Positions 43,587-56,000 of a DNA stretch of 64,000 nt are shown piece after piece. Source of the stretch: Prasinococcaceae sp. CCMP 1430 (lineage: Eukaryota; Plantae; Prasinodermophyta); assembly GCA_013416795.1 (NCBI GenBank), contig RQSC01000014.1:581699-645698 (forward strand), written 5' to 3'. The notes under the pieces were generated by a model that saw only the letters and a list, made by a program, of their open reading frames with translations, made no database searches and was not told where the DNA came from. The translations under genes were made by a program, and so were the position numbers. The stretch's first letter is position 1; each line of letters opens with the position of its first letter.

Positions 43587-44191
43587 ATGGCAAAGCCTGA
43601 ATCTGCATGGGTTGGGGTTGGGCAGCGACCCGCCATTCCATGGCGACAAGATCCTCGAATGCGTGATACCATTTCCCGTCATAAAAACGACACGTCGTCG
43701 GAAACGATCCTGACACCTCGTCAGCGGGTGGCGGCGGGGAGCCGCGCCACTCTCCGCCCCGCCCGCGGGGCGCGGGCAGCGGGCGCGCGAAGGGGTACGT
43801 GCTGAGGTCCGTCACCGTGTTGGGATCCACNCCCCACCGACCCGGCAGGGGCCGGTGCAAGCGGCGGGACCTCGTGACCAGCATCGCCGATGGCAAGACA
43901 AAATCAGACACTCCCGTGATACGCGTGCAGTTCGAGTCGCTTGACGACATTCACAGGGGCTGCTGTGAGGACCCACCGGCGCCGGCTGTGGCGCAGAGCA
44001 TCGACGACTTCGGAAGTGCCCGTGTGGCCATATCGCCGCGCAAGTCGCCGCGCCCGATGCGAGCACCGAGCACAGCGAGCGTCCCCGTGTCCGTTCACAG
44101 CTCGAAGGGCGTGTCGCTGCTGGCGGGTCGCTTTGGCGCTGTTGGCTTGCACGGAGGGACGGATGAGATCGCGTGCAGTGCGCCTCGCTGA
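43587..44191 (+). CDS. Hypothetical protein (structure unresolved, single-N join at 43831)
   Basis: Two moderately protein-like ORFs. No recognised motif. Confidence 0.25.
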
Positions 44192-44291
44192 GAAGACCCT
44201 CGTAGTCGGCAGTGATGTAAGATACTGGAGCAGCAGTTGATGGCTTCAATGCTCTCCTCGATCAAGAATAGTACACGTCAATTACAGGCAC

Positions 44292-44552
44292 TCAGAGCGT
44301 GCGCGAGCTCAGCCCGACCATGTCCTTGAGCTCCTTGAGCTGCCGCGTGCCTTCGTTGAGCAGCCACTGCACCTGCGAGGTGTCGCTCGCGTCGACGTTC
44401 CTGCCCAACTCGAACTGGCGCCGCGCCTCTTTGCGGATCTCGCTCCGCGCCGGCTCAGGCGCATCGCTGGCAACACGCAGCGCTGAGCGATAAAGCTTGC
44501 GCGCTGCGGCGCCAGCGATGAACTTCCCAAGTTCGGCCTTCAGCGCGCTCAT
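44292..44552 (-). CDS. LYR-motif (Complex1_LYR, LYRM2-like) protein
   Basis: [10 protein letters not shown]...[10 protein letters not shown]...LLNEG..QLKEL; 86 aa from ATG 44552. Confidence 0.8.
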   Translation of the reverse strand: MSALKAELGKFIAGAAARKLYRSALRVASDAPEPARSEIRKEARRQFELGRNVDASDTSQVQWLLNEGTRQLKELKDMVGLSSRTL

Positions 44553-45987
44553 CCCACCAGGCGTAGCCCGACGGCGAGCCAGCGCGTTTGGGGAGGTCAC
44601 CCCACTCCGAGCAGCACCCACACGCTCCACCCGCAGACGAGCCTGCGCGGCGCCGCCGGCGACGCAGGCGGACGTCAAGCTGGAGCCCATCACGCGCGAC
44701 GAGATGATCGCCTACCTCGCCTCCGGCTGCAAGCCGCGCGACCAGTGGCGCATCGGCACCGAGCACGAGAAGTTCGGCTTCCACCGCTCGGACAACTCGC
44801 CCGTCGACTACTCGGTCATCCAGGAGCTGCTGGACGAGGTGGGCACGCGCTTCGGATGGGAGAAGCTGTACGAGGGCGAGAACATCATCGCGCTCACCAA
44901 GGACGGGCAGAACGTGACGCTCGAGCCCGGCGGGCAGCTCGAGCTGTCGGGCGCGCCGCTCGAGACGGTGCACGAGACGTGCGCCGAGGTGAACAGCCAC
45001 CTCTACCAGGTGAAGGCCGTCTCCGAGCAGCTGGGCATCGGCTTCCTGGGGCTGGGCTTTCACCCGGAGATGGCGCTCGAGGACGCGCCCATGATGCCCA
45101 AGGGGCGCTACAAGATCATGCGCGACTACATGCCCAAGGTGGGCAACCTGGGGCGCGACATGATGTTCCGGACGTGTACGATACAGGTGAACCTCGACTT
45201 CGAGTCGGAGCGCGACATGGTCGAGAAGATGCGCATCGGCATCGCCCTGCAGCCGGTCGCGACGGCGCTCTTCGCCAACTCGCCGCTCACCGACGGCAAG
45301 CCCAACGGCTTCCTGAGCTACCGATCGCAGGTGTGGACGGACACCGACCCCGACCGCACCGGCCAGCTGCCCTTCGTCTTCGAGGACTCGTTCGGCTTCG
45401 AGCAGTGGGTGGACTACATCATGGACGTGCCCATGTACTTTGCCTACCGCGACGGCAAGTACGTCGACTGCGCGGGCCAGTCGTTCCGCGATTTCATGGA
45501 CGGCAAGATGGAGGCGCTGCCCGGCGAGCGCCCCACGCTCGTCGACTACGAGAACCACCTCACGGTGGCCTTCCCGGAGGTGCGCCTCAAGAAGTACATC
45601 GAGATGCGCGGCACCGACGGGGGGCCGTGGCGCCGCATCTGCGCGCTCCCGGCGCTCTGGGCGGGCCTCCTGTACGACGAGCAGGCGCAGGCCGAGGCGC
45701 TGGCGCTCACCCAGGACTTCACCCTCGAGGAGATGGAGGCCATGCGCCTCGACGTGGCTCGCCTCGGATTGCAGGCGCCGTTCCGCGGCGGCGTCGTCAA
45801 CGACCTGGCGCGCGAGATGCTCGCCATCTCCAAGGGCGGCCTTCAGCGCCGCGGATACAAGGAGAAGAGCTTCCTGCACGGCCTCGAGGCCACCGTAGAG
45901 ACGGGCCTCACCCCCGCCGACGTGCTCCTCAAGAAGTACAACGAGTGGGGCTCCACCTCGCCCATCTTCGGACAGTTCGCCTTCTGA
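44518..45987 (+). CDS. GSH1: Glutamate-cysteine ligase, plant/plastid type
   Basis: [80 protein letters not shown]. Confidence 0.97.
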   Translation: MNFPSSAFSALIPPGVARRRASAFGEVTPLRAAPTRSTRRRACAAPPATQADVKLEPITRDEMIAYLASGCKPRDQWRIGTEHEKFGFHRSDNSPVDYSVIQELLDEVGTRFGWEKLYEGENIIALTKDGQNVTLEPGGQLELSGAPLETVHETCAEVNSHLYQVKAVSEQLGIGFLGLGFHPEMALEDAPMMPKGRYKIMRDYMPKVGNLGRDMMFRTCTIQVNLDFESERDMVEKMRIGIALQPVATALFANSPLTDGKPNGFLSYRSQVWTDTDPDRTGQLPFVFEDSFGFEQWVDYIMDVPMYFAYRDGKYVDCAGQSFRDFMDGKMEALPGERPTLVDYENHLTVAFPEVRLKKYIEMRGTDGGPWRRICALPALWAGLLYDEQAQAEALALTQDFTLEEMEAMRLDVARLGLQAPFRGGVVNDLAREMLAISKGGLQRRGYKEKSFLHGLEATVETGLTPADVLLKKYNEWGSTSPIFGQFAF

Positions 45988-46659
45988 GGCGCCAGCGGCC
46001 CGCACGCTCGACTGTACCACTTGCTACCACTTAGAGACGCTCGCGCGCCCCTGTACACCCCCTCGCCGGCTCGAGCACGCCCCCGCGAGCGGCAGGTGCA
46101 AGACCGACCGCCGCCATTCTTTCGCACAGGACGCCTATGAGGCTTTTTAAACCACGCACCCGCGACGACGACGTCGCGCGGCGGGTGTGCCTTTGACAGA
46201 CGACGCGGACAGACCCCCCCCCTTCCACCATCCCCTTCCCGCTCCACGTATGCCCGGCCCCCCCCCGGCCCCCCCCGATGCCAGAGGCCCTAGGTAGAAT
46301 TCCTACCCTAAACCGCACGATCTCGCCCTCACGCGCAGCACACCCCGAACCCGCCGCGCAGTCCGGCCCGGCCCGGCCCCGGGCCTGGCATCAGCCGCCC
46401 GAAGCGGCGGGAAAACCCCGAAAAGGCGCGCGCGCGGCGACCGCCGCCCGGCCGCGCCTTTTTTCTTTTTCTTTTTCTTTTTCTTTGTCTTTTCTTTCGT
46501 GCGGCGAACCGCGCGCCGGGCGCGCGCGCGAACGCGAAATCAAACGCGAACGCGAACGCAAAAACGCCGCCGGCGGATTCGGACGCCCCCGCGCCTCCCC
46601 CCCGCCGGGCAAAAAAAAAGAAAAAGAAAAAGAAAAATAAAATGCGTGCGTTTTGGCCT

Positions 46660-46890
46660 GCGCGCCCGCCGCGCGCGGCGTACACCCAGCGCCGCGAACC
46701 GCGCGCGACGTGCTTGACGATGGCGCCGGGCGTCTCGAGGAGCTTGAGCGCCTGCGTGACCTTCTTGGCGTCGAGCACGAGAGCGAGCATGCTCAGCTCT
46801 CTGTCGCTGAGACCCGCGTCCCCGCCCGCCTCGCGGCGCGCTCGTTGGCGGTGGCGGCGCGCGCTCTCTTCTTCTTGGCGCGCGCGCGCG
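46660..46890 (-). CDS. Possible SWS1/ZSWIM7-like N-terminal fragment
   Basis: LSMLALVL...ALKLLE...IVKHVARGSRRWVYA resembles the SWS1 N-terminus. No ATG and no SWIM CxC..CKH seen. Confidence 0.35.
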
Positions 46891-46913
46891 GGCAACGCGC
46901 GCGGGTGACCCTA

Positions 46914-47663
46914 ATGGAGGGCGCTTCCAAGGTCACGCTGTACGCCATCGACGGGCGCGGCTACGCCGAGTCCGTGCGGCTCTGCCTCGCCGCGTGCCGC
47001 GTCGCGTACGAGGAGGTCGCCGTGACGACGCGCGCGCAGCTCGACGCGCTGCCGACGCCGCTGCCCAAGCAGCTCCCCTTGCTCGTCGTCGAGTTTGAAG
47101 GCGCGCGCCCCGCCGAGGGCGGCGACGGCAGCTGCAGGCAGGCGGTGCGCGTCGCCAGCGCTCCCGCGATCATTCGCCACCTCGCTCGCGCGTTTGCCCT
47201 GTATGGAGAAAGCGAAGCGGAGGCGGCGCGCATAGACACGCTCAGCGAGGGAGTCGTCACGCTGTGCGCGAAGTTCGTCGCGCTGCCGTTCTCGAGCGTC
47301 CCTTTGCACTCGCTGCACGGAGGAGAGGACTGGGAGGACCCGGTGACCGAGCTGCGCGCGAGATGGTTGGGATTGTACCTGCCCGCCTTCGAACGGGCAC
47401 TGCGCGACAACGGCTGCACGGAGGGGTTCGGGTACCTTGTCGGCAAGCACATGAGCTACGCAGACCTCTTGCTGTTAGAGGTGGAGGAGTACTGCGAGGA
47501 GTATTGCCCCGGCGCGCTCGAGGAGTACGTGCTCCTGCGCAGCCACTGGCAGCGCATGCGCGGCAAGCGGCAGCTGCGAGAGTTTTTCGATGGCACCGAC
47601 GGGCACCGCCATCCCCCGAGCGGGCGGGAGTTCGTAGCGGCGGTGCGGGAGGTCATGTCGTGA
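46914..47663 (+). CDS. Glutathione S-transferase (Tyr-type, alpha/pi/sigma-like)
   Basis: TLYAIDGRGYAESVRLCL, QLPLL, AIIRHLAR...LYG, YLVG..MSYADL. Confidence 0.88.
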   Translation: MEGASKVTLYAIDGRGYAESVRLCLAACRVAYEEVAVTTRAQLDALPTPLPKQLPLLVVEFEGARPAEGGDGSCRQAVRVASAPAIIRHLARAFALYGESEAEAARIDTLSEGVVTLCAKFVALPFSSVPLHSLHGGEDWEDPVTELRARWLGLYLPAFERALRDNGCTEGFGYLVGKHMSYADLLLLEVEEYCEEYCPGALEEYVLLRSHWQRMRGKRQLREFFDGTDGHRHPPSGREFVAAVREVMS

Positions 47664-47829
47664 GAGCTGCGTGCGCCCATGCGCCAGCGCGCGAGTGGCG
47701 CGCTCATCTGTATATGTGTATTTTTACGGCCGTGCGTACGTATGTCGACGTCGGCGATGACAAATAAGTGTACAGGGCAGCGCTGCGGCGGCAGACGCGG
47801 AGAGCGAGGCGTGCAGAAGTAGGAGCCCT

Positions 47830-48700
47830 CTACTGAGCCTTGACTTCCTCCCATTTCGAGGGCGCGTCGATCGCACCCATGCAGCACAGACCGCAACAGA
47901 GGATGGTCAGCAGCATGAACGCGATCACCAGCCCCATAAAGAAGTACACCTGAGTGTAGCAGAGCGAGCCCTTCGCGCAGCTGGCCTTTGCCTGGGGCGG
48001 AGGCGGAGGCGGTGGCGACGCCTGCAGCAGCATGCGCGCGGCACCACTGCGGCACACCCGGCGAGGGGGTCGCGTCAGCAATCCGATGGCGACGGGGCAC
48101 TTCGGCCAGGCGCGAGCGTGTGGCGTGACCCTGTGCGTTCGTGCGCCGACGCGACTCACCTTTCAGCATCCCACAGTGCGCCGTCTTGCACGAAGACGGC
48201 CGCCACGTCGGCGTCTGCCGCCTCGGCTATCGCCAGCAAGCGCTCCATCACCTCGTCGTCGGCGCCACACACAATGAGCGTGCCTTCACCCCCCGCGGCA
48301 ATCGCATCAGCGGCGGCCGCCGTGCGAGCCACGCCGGCACCCGCGGCGACGGCAGCGGCCTCGCAAGGCGACGCCACTGCCTCGGCGCCCAGCGCAATCG
48401 TATCACTCCCGGCGACGTAGACAGAGAAGGGCGCGGAGGGTCCCATCTCGCCCACGGCCACGACTGCAGCGATCCCGCCATCAGTCTGCGTTCCGACGCA
48501 CAGATTACACGCCAGGCCCGCACGCATCGTGCGGTGGAGAGGCCGCAGCGCGCGCCGTCAGCGTCGCAGGCGCGGACACTGTTAGGGTTGGCACTGATGC
48601 CCACACAGTCTATCGACCGCATCGCCGCATCGTATCGCACCGCGCGGCGCAGGAGCGCCGGCACGCGCGCGCCGACGTAGCGAGTGCGCTTGGCCGCAGA
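47830..48700 (-). CDS. Type I membrane protein with Ac45/VOA1-like C-terminal TM; intron 48047-48159; 5' end unresolved
   Basis: FFMGLVIAFMLLTILCCGLCCMGAIDAPSKWE resembles the V-ATPase S1/Voa1 TM tail. The GTGAGT..GCTGAC..GCAG intron joins in frame. Confidence 0.55.
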
Positions 48701-49514
48701 TCGAGGCGAGCGCGCGCCGTTCCTCGCAGCACACGCTTGCGCTCATCGCCCCCTCGCCGGGGGGGCATTTTTTGGGTCCAGGCCTCACTCAAAACACGGC
48801 TCGCGCCCCTCGCGCTCTGCGCACGTACCACGAAGTGGGCGGCGAGCGACGAGCTCGCTGCGCGCACCCTCCGCTGTATGGCGCCATCATCCGCAGGAAA
48901 TCCTCCGCCCACGCCCACCACCCACAGCGCCGCGCCCGCGCCCGGCCTCGGCGAACGCGCCCGCATCGCCCGNAACATCCGCGAGGGGAAACTCGGGCGG
49001 CGTGCCCGTCGCCCGATGCGCCGGTTCCCCGTGCGCGCGGCACGCACCCGCCGCGCCCGCCCCCGCGCGAGCGCGCGTGCGTGTGCGTGCGTGTGCGTGC
49101 GTGTGCGTGTGCGTGTGTGTGCGGGTGTGCGTGCGATCGTGTGCGTGCACCCGTGTGCATGCGCGCGCGCGCGCCTGTGTGTATGTGTATGTGTGGGAGG
49201 GGGCGCGGCGGTTCCGGCGCGAGCGAGGAGGCCTGCAGGGGTCCGCGGAGCAGAGCGCGCGCGCCGGCCGGCGCGCGCGCAGCGCGCGCTCCCCCGGGGG
49301 GGGGGGTGGAGGCGGGGAGGGGGCGGCAGGCGCGCCCTCTTACGCCGCTCCCTCTCTCGCGCTGCCGCCCGCGCTCCCCGGCGAGCACGCGCGCCGCACA
49401 CCCACACCCACCCACCCACCTACCCACCCATCCATCCACCCACGCGTGCTCGCACACACACACAAAGACGCACACACGCACACACACACCACGCACACAC
49501 ACACACCAGCCGCC

Positions 49515-50001
49515 ATGGTGGCGGCGTCGTGGGGCAGCGCGAGCGCGGTGCTGGTGGGGAGCGAGGAACAGGCCATCGACGAGGGCGTCGCCGCGGCGGC
49601 GGCGCTGGGGCCCGACTCGTACCAGACGCCTGCGCGCCCCCTTGCCAACCGCTGCCTGGCGCTCAAGAAGGCGCTCGGCGCGTCGGAGGCGGGGCGCTCG
49701 CGCGCGCTCATCGAGCTCGCCGAGGCGCGCGATGTCGCCGAGGCTGCCACGCGCACCGCTGAGGCCGTCGCCGCCGAGGCGGAGGCGCTCAGGGAGCACG
49801 CGCGCCGCGCGGAAGCGCGACACTCCACAGCGGCCCTCGCTGCCAGCAAGGCCGAGGCCACCGAAAGGGCGCTCGCGGAGGAGCTCGAGGAGGCGCGCGC
49901 CGAGTCGGGGGCCGCATGCGCCGCCGCAGCGGAGAAGGAGGCTGTCGCCGCCGAGCTTGAGCTTGCAATGGCCGTGCTCGACGCCACCAAGCGAAAGGTG
50001 C

Positions 50002-50061
<60 letters not shown>

Positions 50062-53000
50062 ACGCGCGCGCGCGCGCGCGCGCGTATGCACACACACACA
50101 TACTTCGAAGCACTTTGCTCTCTCAGTATCGCTGACGCGCACACGCACGCGCACGCACGCGCGCGCACGCACGCGTGCAAAAAGGCCGCCGACGCGGCGC
50201 TGCGGCGAGTGGTCGAGCGCCGCGCCCGCTCCGCGCTGAGCGCATGGTCAGCACACACCGCCGCCTCGGCCCGCCTCAGGCGTGCCGCCGCGCGCCTCAC
50301 CGCCCATCGGTGCGCGCGTGTGCTGTCGCGCTGCCTCGCGGCGTGGCGCGTGTGCGCGCTCGAGGGTGCCGCGCTGCACCGCCTCGCGGGCAGGGCGGTG
50401 CTGAGGCGCAGGCAGCGGCTCTTCGGGGCGTGGGCGCGGCGCGCGCGCGAGGCCCGCGCGGCGCGAGCCGACGGCTGGGGGCACCAACCCGATGTCCTGG
50501 TCTTCGCGCACAACGCCGCAGACGACGCGAATAGCTTGTCGGCGGCGCAAACGGGTGCATACGCGCTCGGCGCACACCACACACGCCCTTACCTCGGGGT
50601 GTGCGGCACCGAGGTGGGCGATGAGGGAGTGGGCGGCAGCGAGCAGTACGCGTACGCGGCACCCGTGCCGCAGTCGCCCGCGGAGGCGCGCGGGGCGGCG
50701 CTGTGGCGCGCGCGCTTTACGATGGGCTCTGTCGACAGGATGGCTTCGAGGAGGCGGCGAGGGCGCGCGCGCGCGTACCTGCTATCGTGGCACTTGCGAG
50801 CCCTGCGGAGTGCGCGGCACGCGGCGCTGCTCAGCAGGGCTGGTAACGCGCGGGCGGCACGCGTCGTGCGCGCGTGGCGTGCTACAGCACGGACGCTGTC
50901 GGCCGCACTCGCCGAGGCGGAGCGCCGACGCAGGCTGCACCGCATCATCGCCTCTCGTGCGGCCCTGTGTGGCTGGCGCGTCGCAACGGCCGCGTCGCGC
51001 GAGCTCAGGGCTAAGGCGCACGAGCTCGATGCTGCGCTCAGCATGGTCTCGTATGCCGGCTTTGCAGCCGCGGATGAGACGGAGGCCGCGGCTTTTGAGG
51101 CGGACGCACACAGGCAGGGCGCGCTGGACGCTTCCGTCCGCTGCCTCGAGAGGCTGCACCGCCGCAGGCGCCTGCGTGCAGCGATGCGTGCCTGGTGTGA
51201 CGCGTTCGACGTGCGCGAAGCGGCGCTCCGCAAGGCCGAGGTCATGTACGTCGAGCGAGTGCTGGCCTTCGTCCGGACAGCGCTGCGGGCTTGGCACGCG
51301 CACAGTGCACGAGAGGCGAGAGCTGCGCGCGCCGTTGCGGTGTTCGGGCGGCGCGCGTTTGCACGCCTCGTCTGGAGGCTCGTGGGCGCGTGGCGGGCCA
51401 TCGCCGCCAACGGACGCTTCCAGAGGAGGGTGGGCGAGAGCGCGGCGCGCGTGCTCCAGACGCGCGCGCACAGGCGCGCGCTGCGAGAGTGGCACGAGCT
51501 CGCCCGTGGCACCACCGTCATGGCCGAGCGAGCGGACAGGTTAACTTGGCGGCACCTGTGGCGCTGGTGCAGGCAGGTGCTCGCGGCGTGGCGGGCGACA
51601 GTCGCCGAGCGTGTCACAGGCCGCCTTCGCCTCGGAGCCAAAGCGGAGCGAGCAGAGCGGTGGAGGGAGGCGCGAATGCTCGCACACATGCGCGAGGCAC
51701 TCCGCGGCTGGCGCGTCAGCGCGGACGTCCGCGGCATCGAACGCCTCACCCTTGCGCAGATCGACGACGAGCGGCGCGTCGAGCGCGGGAGAGGCGCCCG
51801 TGCGCGCTACGCGCGCGATGCGGCAGTCACAGCTGCCTGTGACATGATGGCAGGCGCGCGAAGCAGACGCGCGCGCCGGCGGGCCTTTGAGGGATGGCAT
51901 TCCCAATGGCGCCTCGCCGAAGAAAAGGCGAGGGCCCGCCGAGCGCTCGACGCGCTTGCCGAGGACATGGCGGCCACTCGCTTGTTGCGACTCGCCGCAT
52001 CCGCGCTTGAGCACTGGCACAGGTGCACGAGTGCCAATGTGGCACTCCGGCAGCAAATTGAGCGCAATGACGCACGGAGAGAGATGCGACTGCTGTGTTC
52101 TGTCCTGTGCGAATGGTACAGACACGTGCGCGCGAACAAGATGGTCTTCGAGTACGGCGCAGCAGCGATGGACGCAAAACACGCACGCGAAGCTGCCGTG
52201 GCGGCGGCATGCGCGTCAATCGCGCGGCTACAGGGCCGGCGACTCGTGGGCGTGTGTATCACGGCTTGGAAGCAGCGGGTCCATCTCGAAGCTGAGGCTT
52301 TGCGTATGAGCACCATGCAACAGCAAACACTCGCGTGCTTCCGACGGAGGGCCATGCGGTCGTGGTTGCGCCGCATTGTGCTTTGTTGGCGCATGCACGC
52401 GCACAATGGCGCCGCGAGGCGCGCGACGGTGGATCTCACCATACATGTGATCGCAAGGCGACGTCGGGGGAGCACGCTCTCAGCAGCACTCACAGCTCTG
52501 CGCAAGTACACTGCTTACAAACACGGACGGGCGAAGCTGTACCTGCGAGCAGACGCGATGGCGCGCATGAGCCGCCTTGGGTGGAGCCTCCTGTGTTGGT
52601 TGCGGTTTGTGGCGCGGAGGCAGATGCTCCGCGGGTCTCTGGAGGCGCAGGAACAGCCGATGTACACCGACGTCATGGGGCACGAGTACACGCTCGATGG
52701 CGGCACGGCGACATCGGGGGTGGGGCTCAATGCAGAGGAAAGCAGGCGGTGGGCAGCAGCGACGCTCGAGCAGCGTGGCAGCCTTCGCATGAGCGCGCAC
52801 TCGCTTGGGGAACCAAGCCCCGGCGGACGCGCTCCGATGTTGCAAGGCTCTCTCGCGCGCCTCCGCCGGACGGGATACGCTCATGTGCATTCGCCATCGC
52901 GCCGGCCCCGCGGAGCTCCCGCGCTTGCGCCGTCCTCTTCAACGCCACCGCTTGCGAGGCGATTGGAGCTCAGCCCTCGGGCGAGCGTTGCCAGCGCTGC

Positions 53001-56000
53001 CTTTGCCGGGGGCGAGAGCCCGTCGTCGACAGCGCCCTCTCTAGCAGGCCTCGCTGCGGCTGCGACGCCATTCAGCACTCCAGGCTCAAACTCGAAGATG
53101 GGCGTGCGCGCGGCGAAGGACGCGCTGGTGAGGGCCGGACAGACGCCGCCGCAAACGCAGGGCACGCCTCCACAGTTCCACGTGCAGCCAATGACGCCGG
53201 CCGCGCAGCGTCTCGCTCTCGCGCACGCTGCTCAGATCCACTCACCCGTAGTGCCTGTTGTGCTCCCAGGCGCGCTGCCTGCGAGCGCGCCTAAATACGG
53301 CGTCTTCGTGGATGTGGCTGTCGCAGAGTTTGCGTCGGCTATCAGCGTCGTGCAGGAGGGCGCGAGTGCGGTGCGCGCAATGGAACGCGCATTCACCGTT
53401 TGGAGCTCGCTTGGCCGTGCGCACGTCAGCATGATCAACAAGTGCAAGCGAGTGCTCGAGAGGCGCACACGGGCTCGGCTGTTGAGCCAGTGCTTCGGCA
53501 GTTGGCGCTCGGCGGTGTGGATGACCGCCAAGCTACGTCTCTATTTCGCGCACAAGACTCACAGACGAGCACGAGCGGCCGTCGCCGTCTGGCGAGAGGG
53601 CACAAGGGCCGCCGCTCTCGTGCGCGTGGCTCTTTCGCGCCACCTGGAGAAGCGGGTGGCGGCGACTCTGGCGTCATTCTTCAAGGTGTGGCACTGGGCC
53701 TCGCACCGTTCATGCACACACCGCATGCTGGTGGACAAGCACGTCGTGCGCACGCAGCTGCGACGCGCCAAGGTGGCGATGCAGACATGGCGCGACCTGT
53801 CGCGAACAAACCGGCAACTGCAGGTGGCTGAAGTCGCCTTCCAGCGCTTCCTCGCTCGCACGCAGCACTCTATGCTGCGCCGCTGCTTCAGGCAATGGCA
53901 TGCACACGCGATGGAGGAATTCCGAAAGCAAAGGCTGCTCACGATATTCCAGGACCGTTGGGGCCGCGCGCACCTCGGCCCCACCGCCCGCTTGCTCGCT
54001 CGCACCCTCTCTGCGTGGAAGGCGCAGAGCGCCTACGCTCAGATGATGCGCGCGTCAGCCCTACACCTGATGAAACAGGTGTGCCGTAGGCTGCTCCTGA
54101 GCGCGATGGCTGAGTGGAGAGCGCATACTCTTGCCGCACGCAGACAAGTCTCGGTCGACAGGGCGGCGCGGATGTTTTTGAAGCGCGCATATCTACGGAA
54201 GAGCTCCATGTGCTTTGCGGGCTGGGCAGCGCATACAGCTGCCGCGCGAAGGCGCATGCTTGCGCTCGTGCGGGCGCTGGTACGCGTTCGCCGGCTCAAT
54301 GTGAGCGCAATCTTCAGACGCTGGGCGTCGCTCGCGCTGAGGACGAGAGTCACGCGGACCCTCCTCCGCGGCCACGCGCTGTCGCACGAGCGCTCCGTCA
54401 GGCGGCGCGCCTTCAATGCGTGGGCGCTTCGCGTCTCAAGGAAGGCGCGGTGCGCGCGTGTGCTTGCCAGCCATCTCACGCGCCGGCTCGCCCTTGTCGC
54501 GCGCGGGACATTCGCTTACTGGCACATGCTCACGCAGAGGAACGTCGCGAGACGCGAGCGGGTCAATGCGATGGTAGACAGGCTAAGGCGAAGGGTAGCG
54601 CTCCGCGTGTTGCACGGGTGGTCGCACGTCGTGCACCGCGAAAACCTGGCAAGGGCTGCGGCATCGCGATTCTTCACCAACAAACTCAAGGCTGCGATCG
54701 CTCGCTGGCGGTGGTCTTCGAAGCAGACGTCAACGGCCCTTCGCTTCGCACTGCGATTGCTGTATCGCACGGTCTCGCTCGCCCTGCGCGAGTGGCTCAG
54801 CATTGCTCGGGTGCGCATGCTCGCCAGTAGGCTCAGCATAGAGCTGTGGCTGCGCAGGGTGCGACTGTCCCTGCGCGCCTGGGCCCACGCCGCGCAACTC
54901 GGCGCAATCGCCTCCCACTTCGCTTCCAAGGTGCAGCACCGCAAGCTTTGGCAGAGCCTGTCCACCTGGCGGGCACTGAGCCGACGCACGTTGCTCGTGA
55001 GGCGCATGGGCGCCACGCACACGCGCGCGCGCGCCAGGCGGGTGCTGCTCATGTGGCGAGGCGTCGTCTCGCGGTACCGAGGCGCTCGCCAACTCGGCGC
55101 CCAGGTTGAGAGGGCACACTTGGGCCGCGTGCTTGCAGAGTGGCGGGGTCTCGCACTCCGCGGTCTCGCGATCTCGGCGATGCAGGGCCGCTGGTTTGTG
55201 GCTCGCTTGCGCACAGCTCTGGACTGGTGGCGTGTGCGCGCGAGGCGCACCGCAGTCATCCAGGCCGCCTACGCGGCGTGGCGCTGGGATGAGCCGGGCC
55301 GGCTCTTGCGCGCTTGGAGGGGCGTCGCCGCCGCTGAGCGCGAGCACAAGCTCGAGACCATGATGGTCAAGCTGTCGTTGGCAGAGGGATACTCGAGGAC
55401 GTTCCATCGCAGGCAAGCTCGCCGCGCACTGCTGGCATGGTACCGCTTAGCACGATACCAGTATCGCCTGGCCGATGGAATCGTCGACAGTGCACTGATG
55501 TTGCGAGGGCGCACTGTGCTTCGCGCCTGGCATGCCAGCATTGTGCAGAGAGCGCGCGAGGTGGCTGCGACAAGGTGGAGCACTCGACGTGCGTGCGCCA
55601 GTGTCGTGCGAGCCTGGCGAACATACGCGATGCGAGCAGCACGTGCGCGCGTACGCATGCAAGGGGCTCTCTTGCGGTACGACCGCCGCCTGGCGGCACA
55701 CGTCCTGCGAGGGTGGCGAGCGCATTCGCGCATGGAACGCAGGCTCCGCGATCGCGCAGTCGCGCTGCGACATCGCCATTCCAGGCGCACTGCGCAGCGC
55801 GTTCTGCGACACTGGCGCCACACCGTGCGCCAGCATCAGCGCAGCAGTGCTGCGGCGGGGCGCCGGCTTCGCCAGATGCTGCTCCGTATCCTGCGTGCGT
55901 GGCGCCTCGAGGCTAGCTTGGCCAACGTCCAGCGCAGGCGCGCGGGGCTCGCCGATGTCGCCGCGTCGCAATTTGAGGTCGAGCTGCTGCGAATGGAAGC

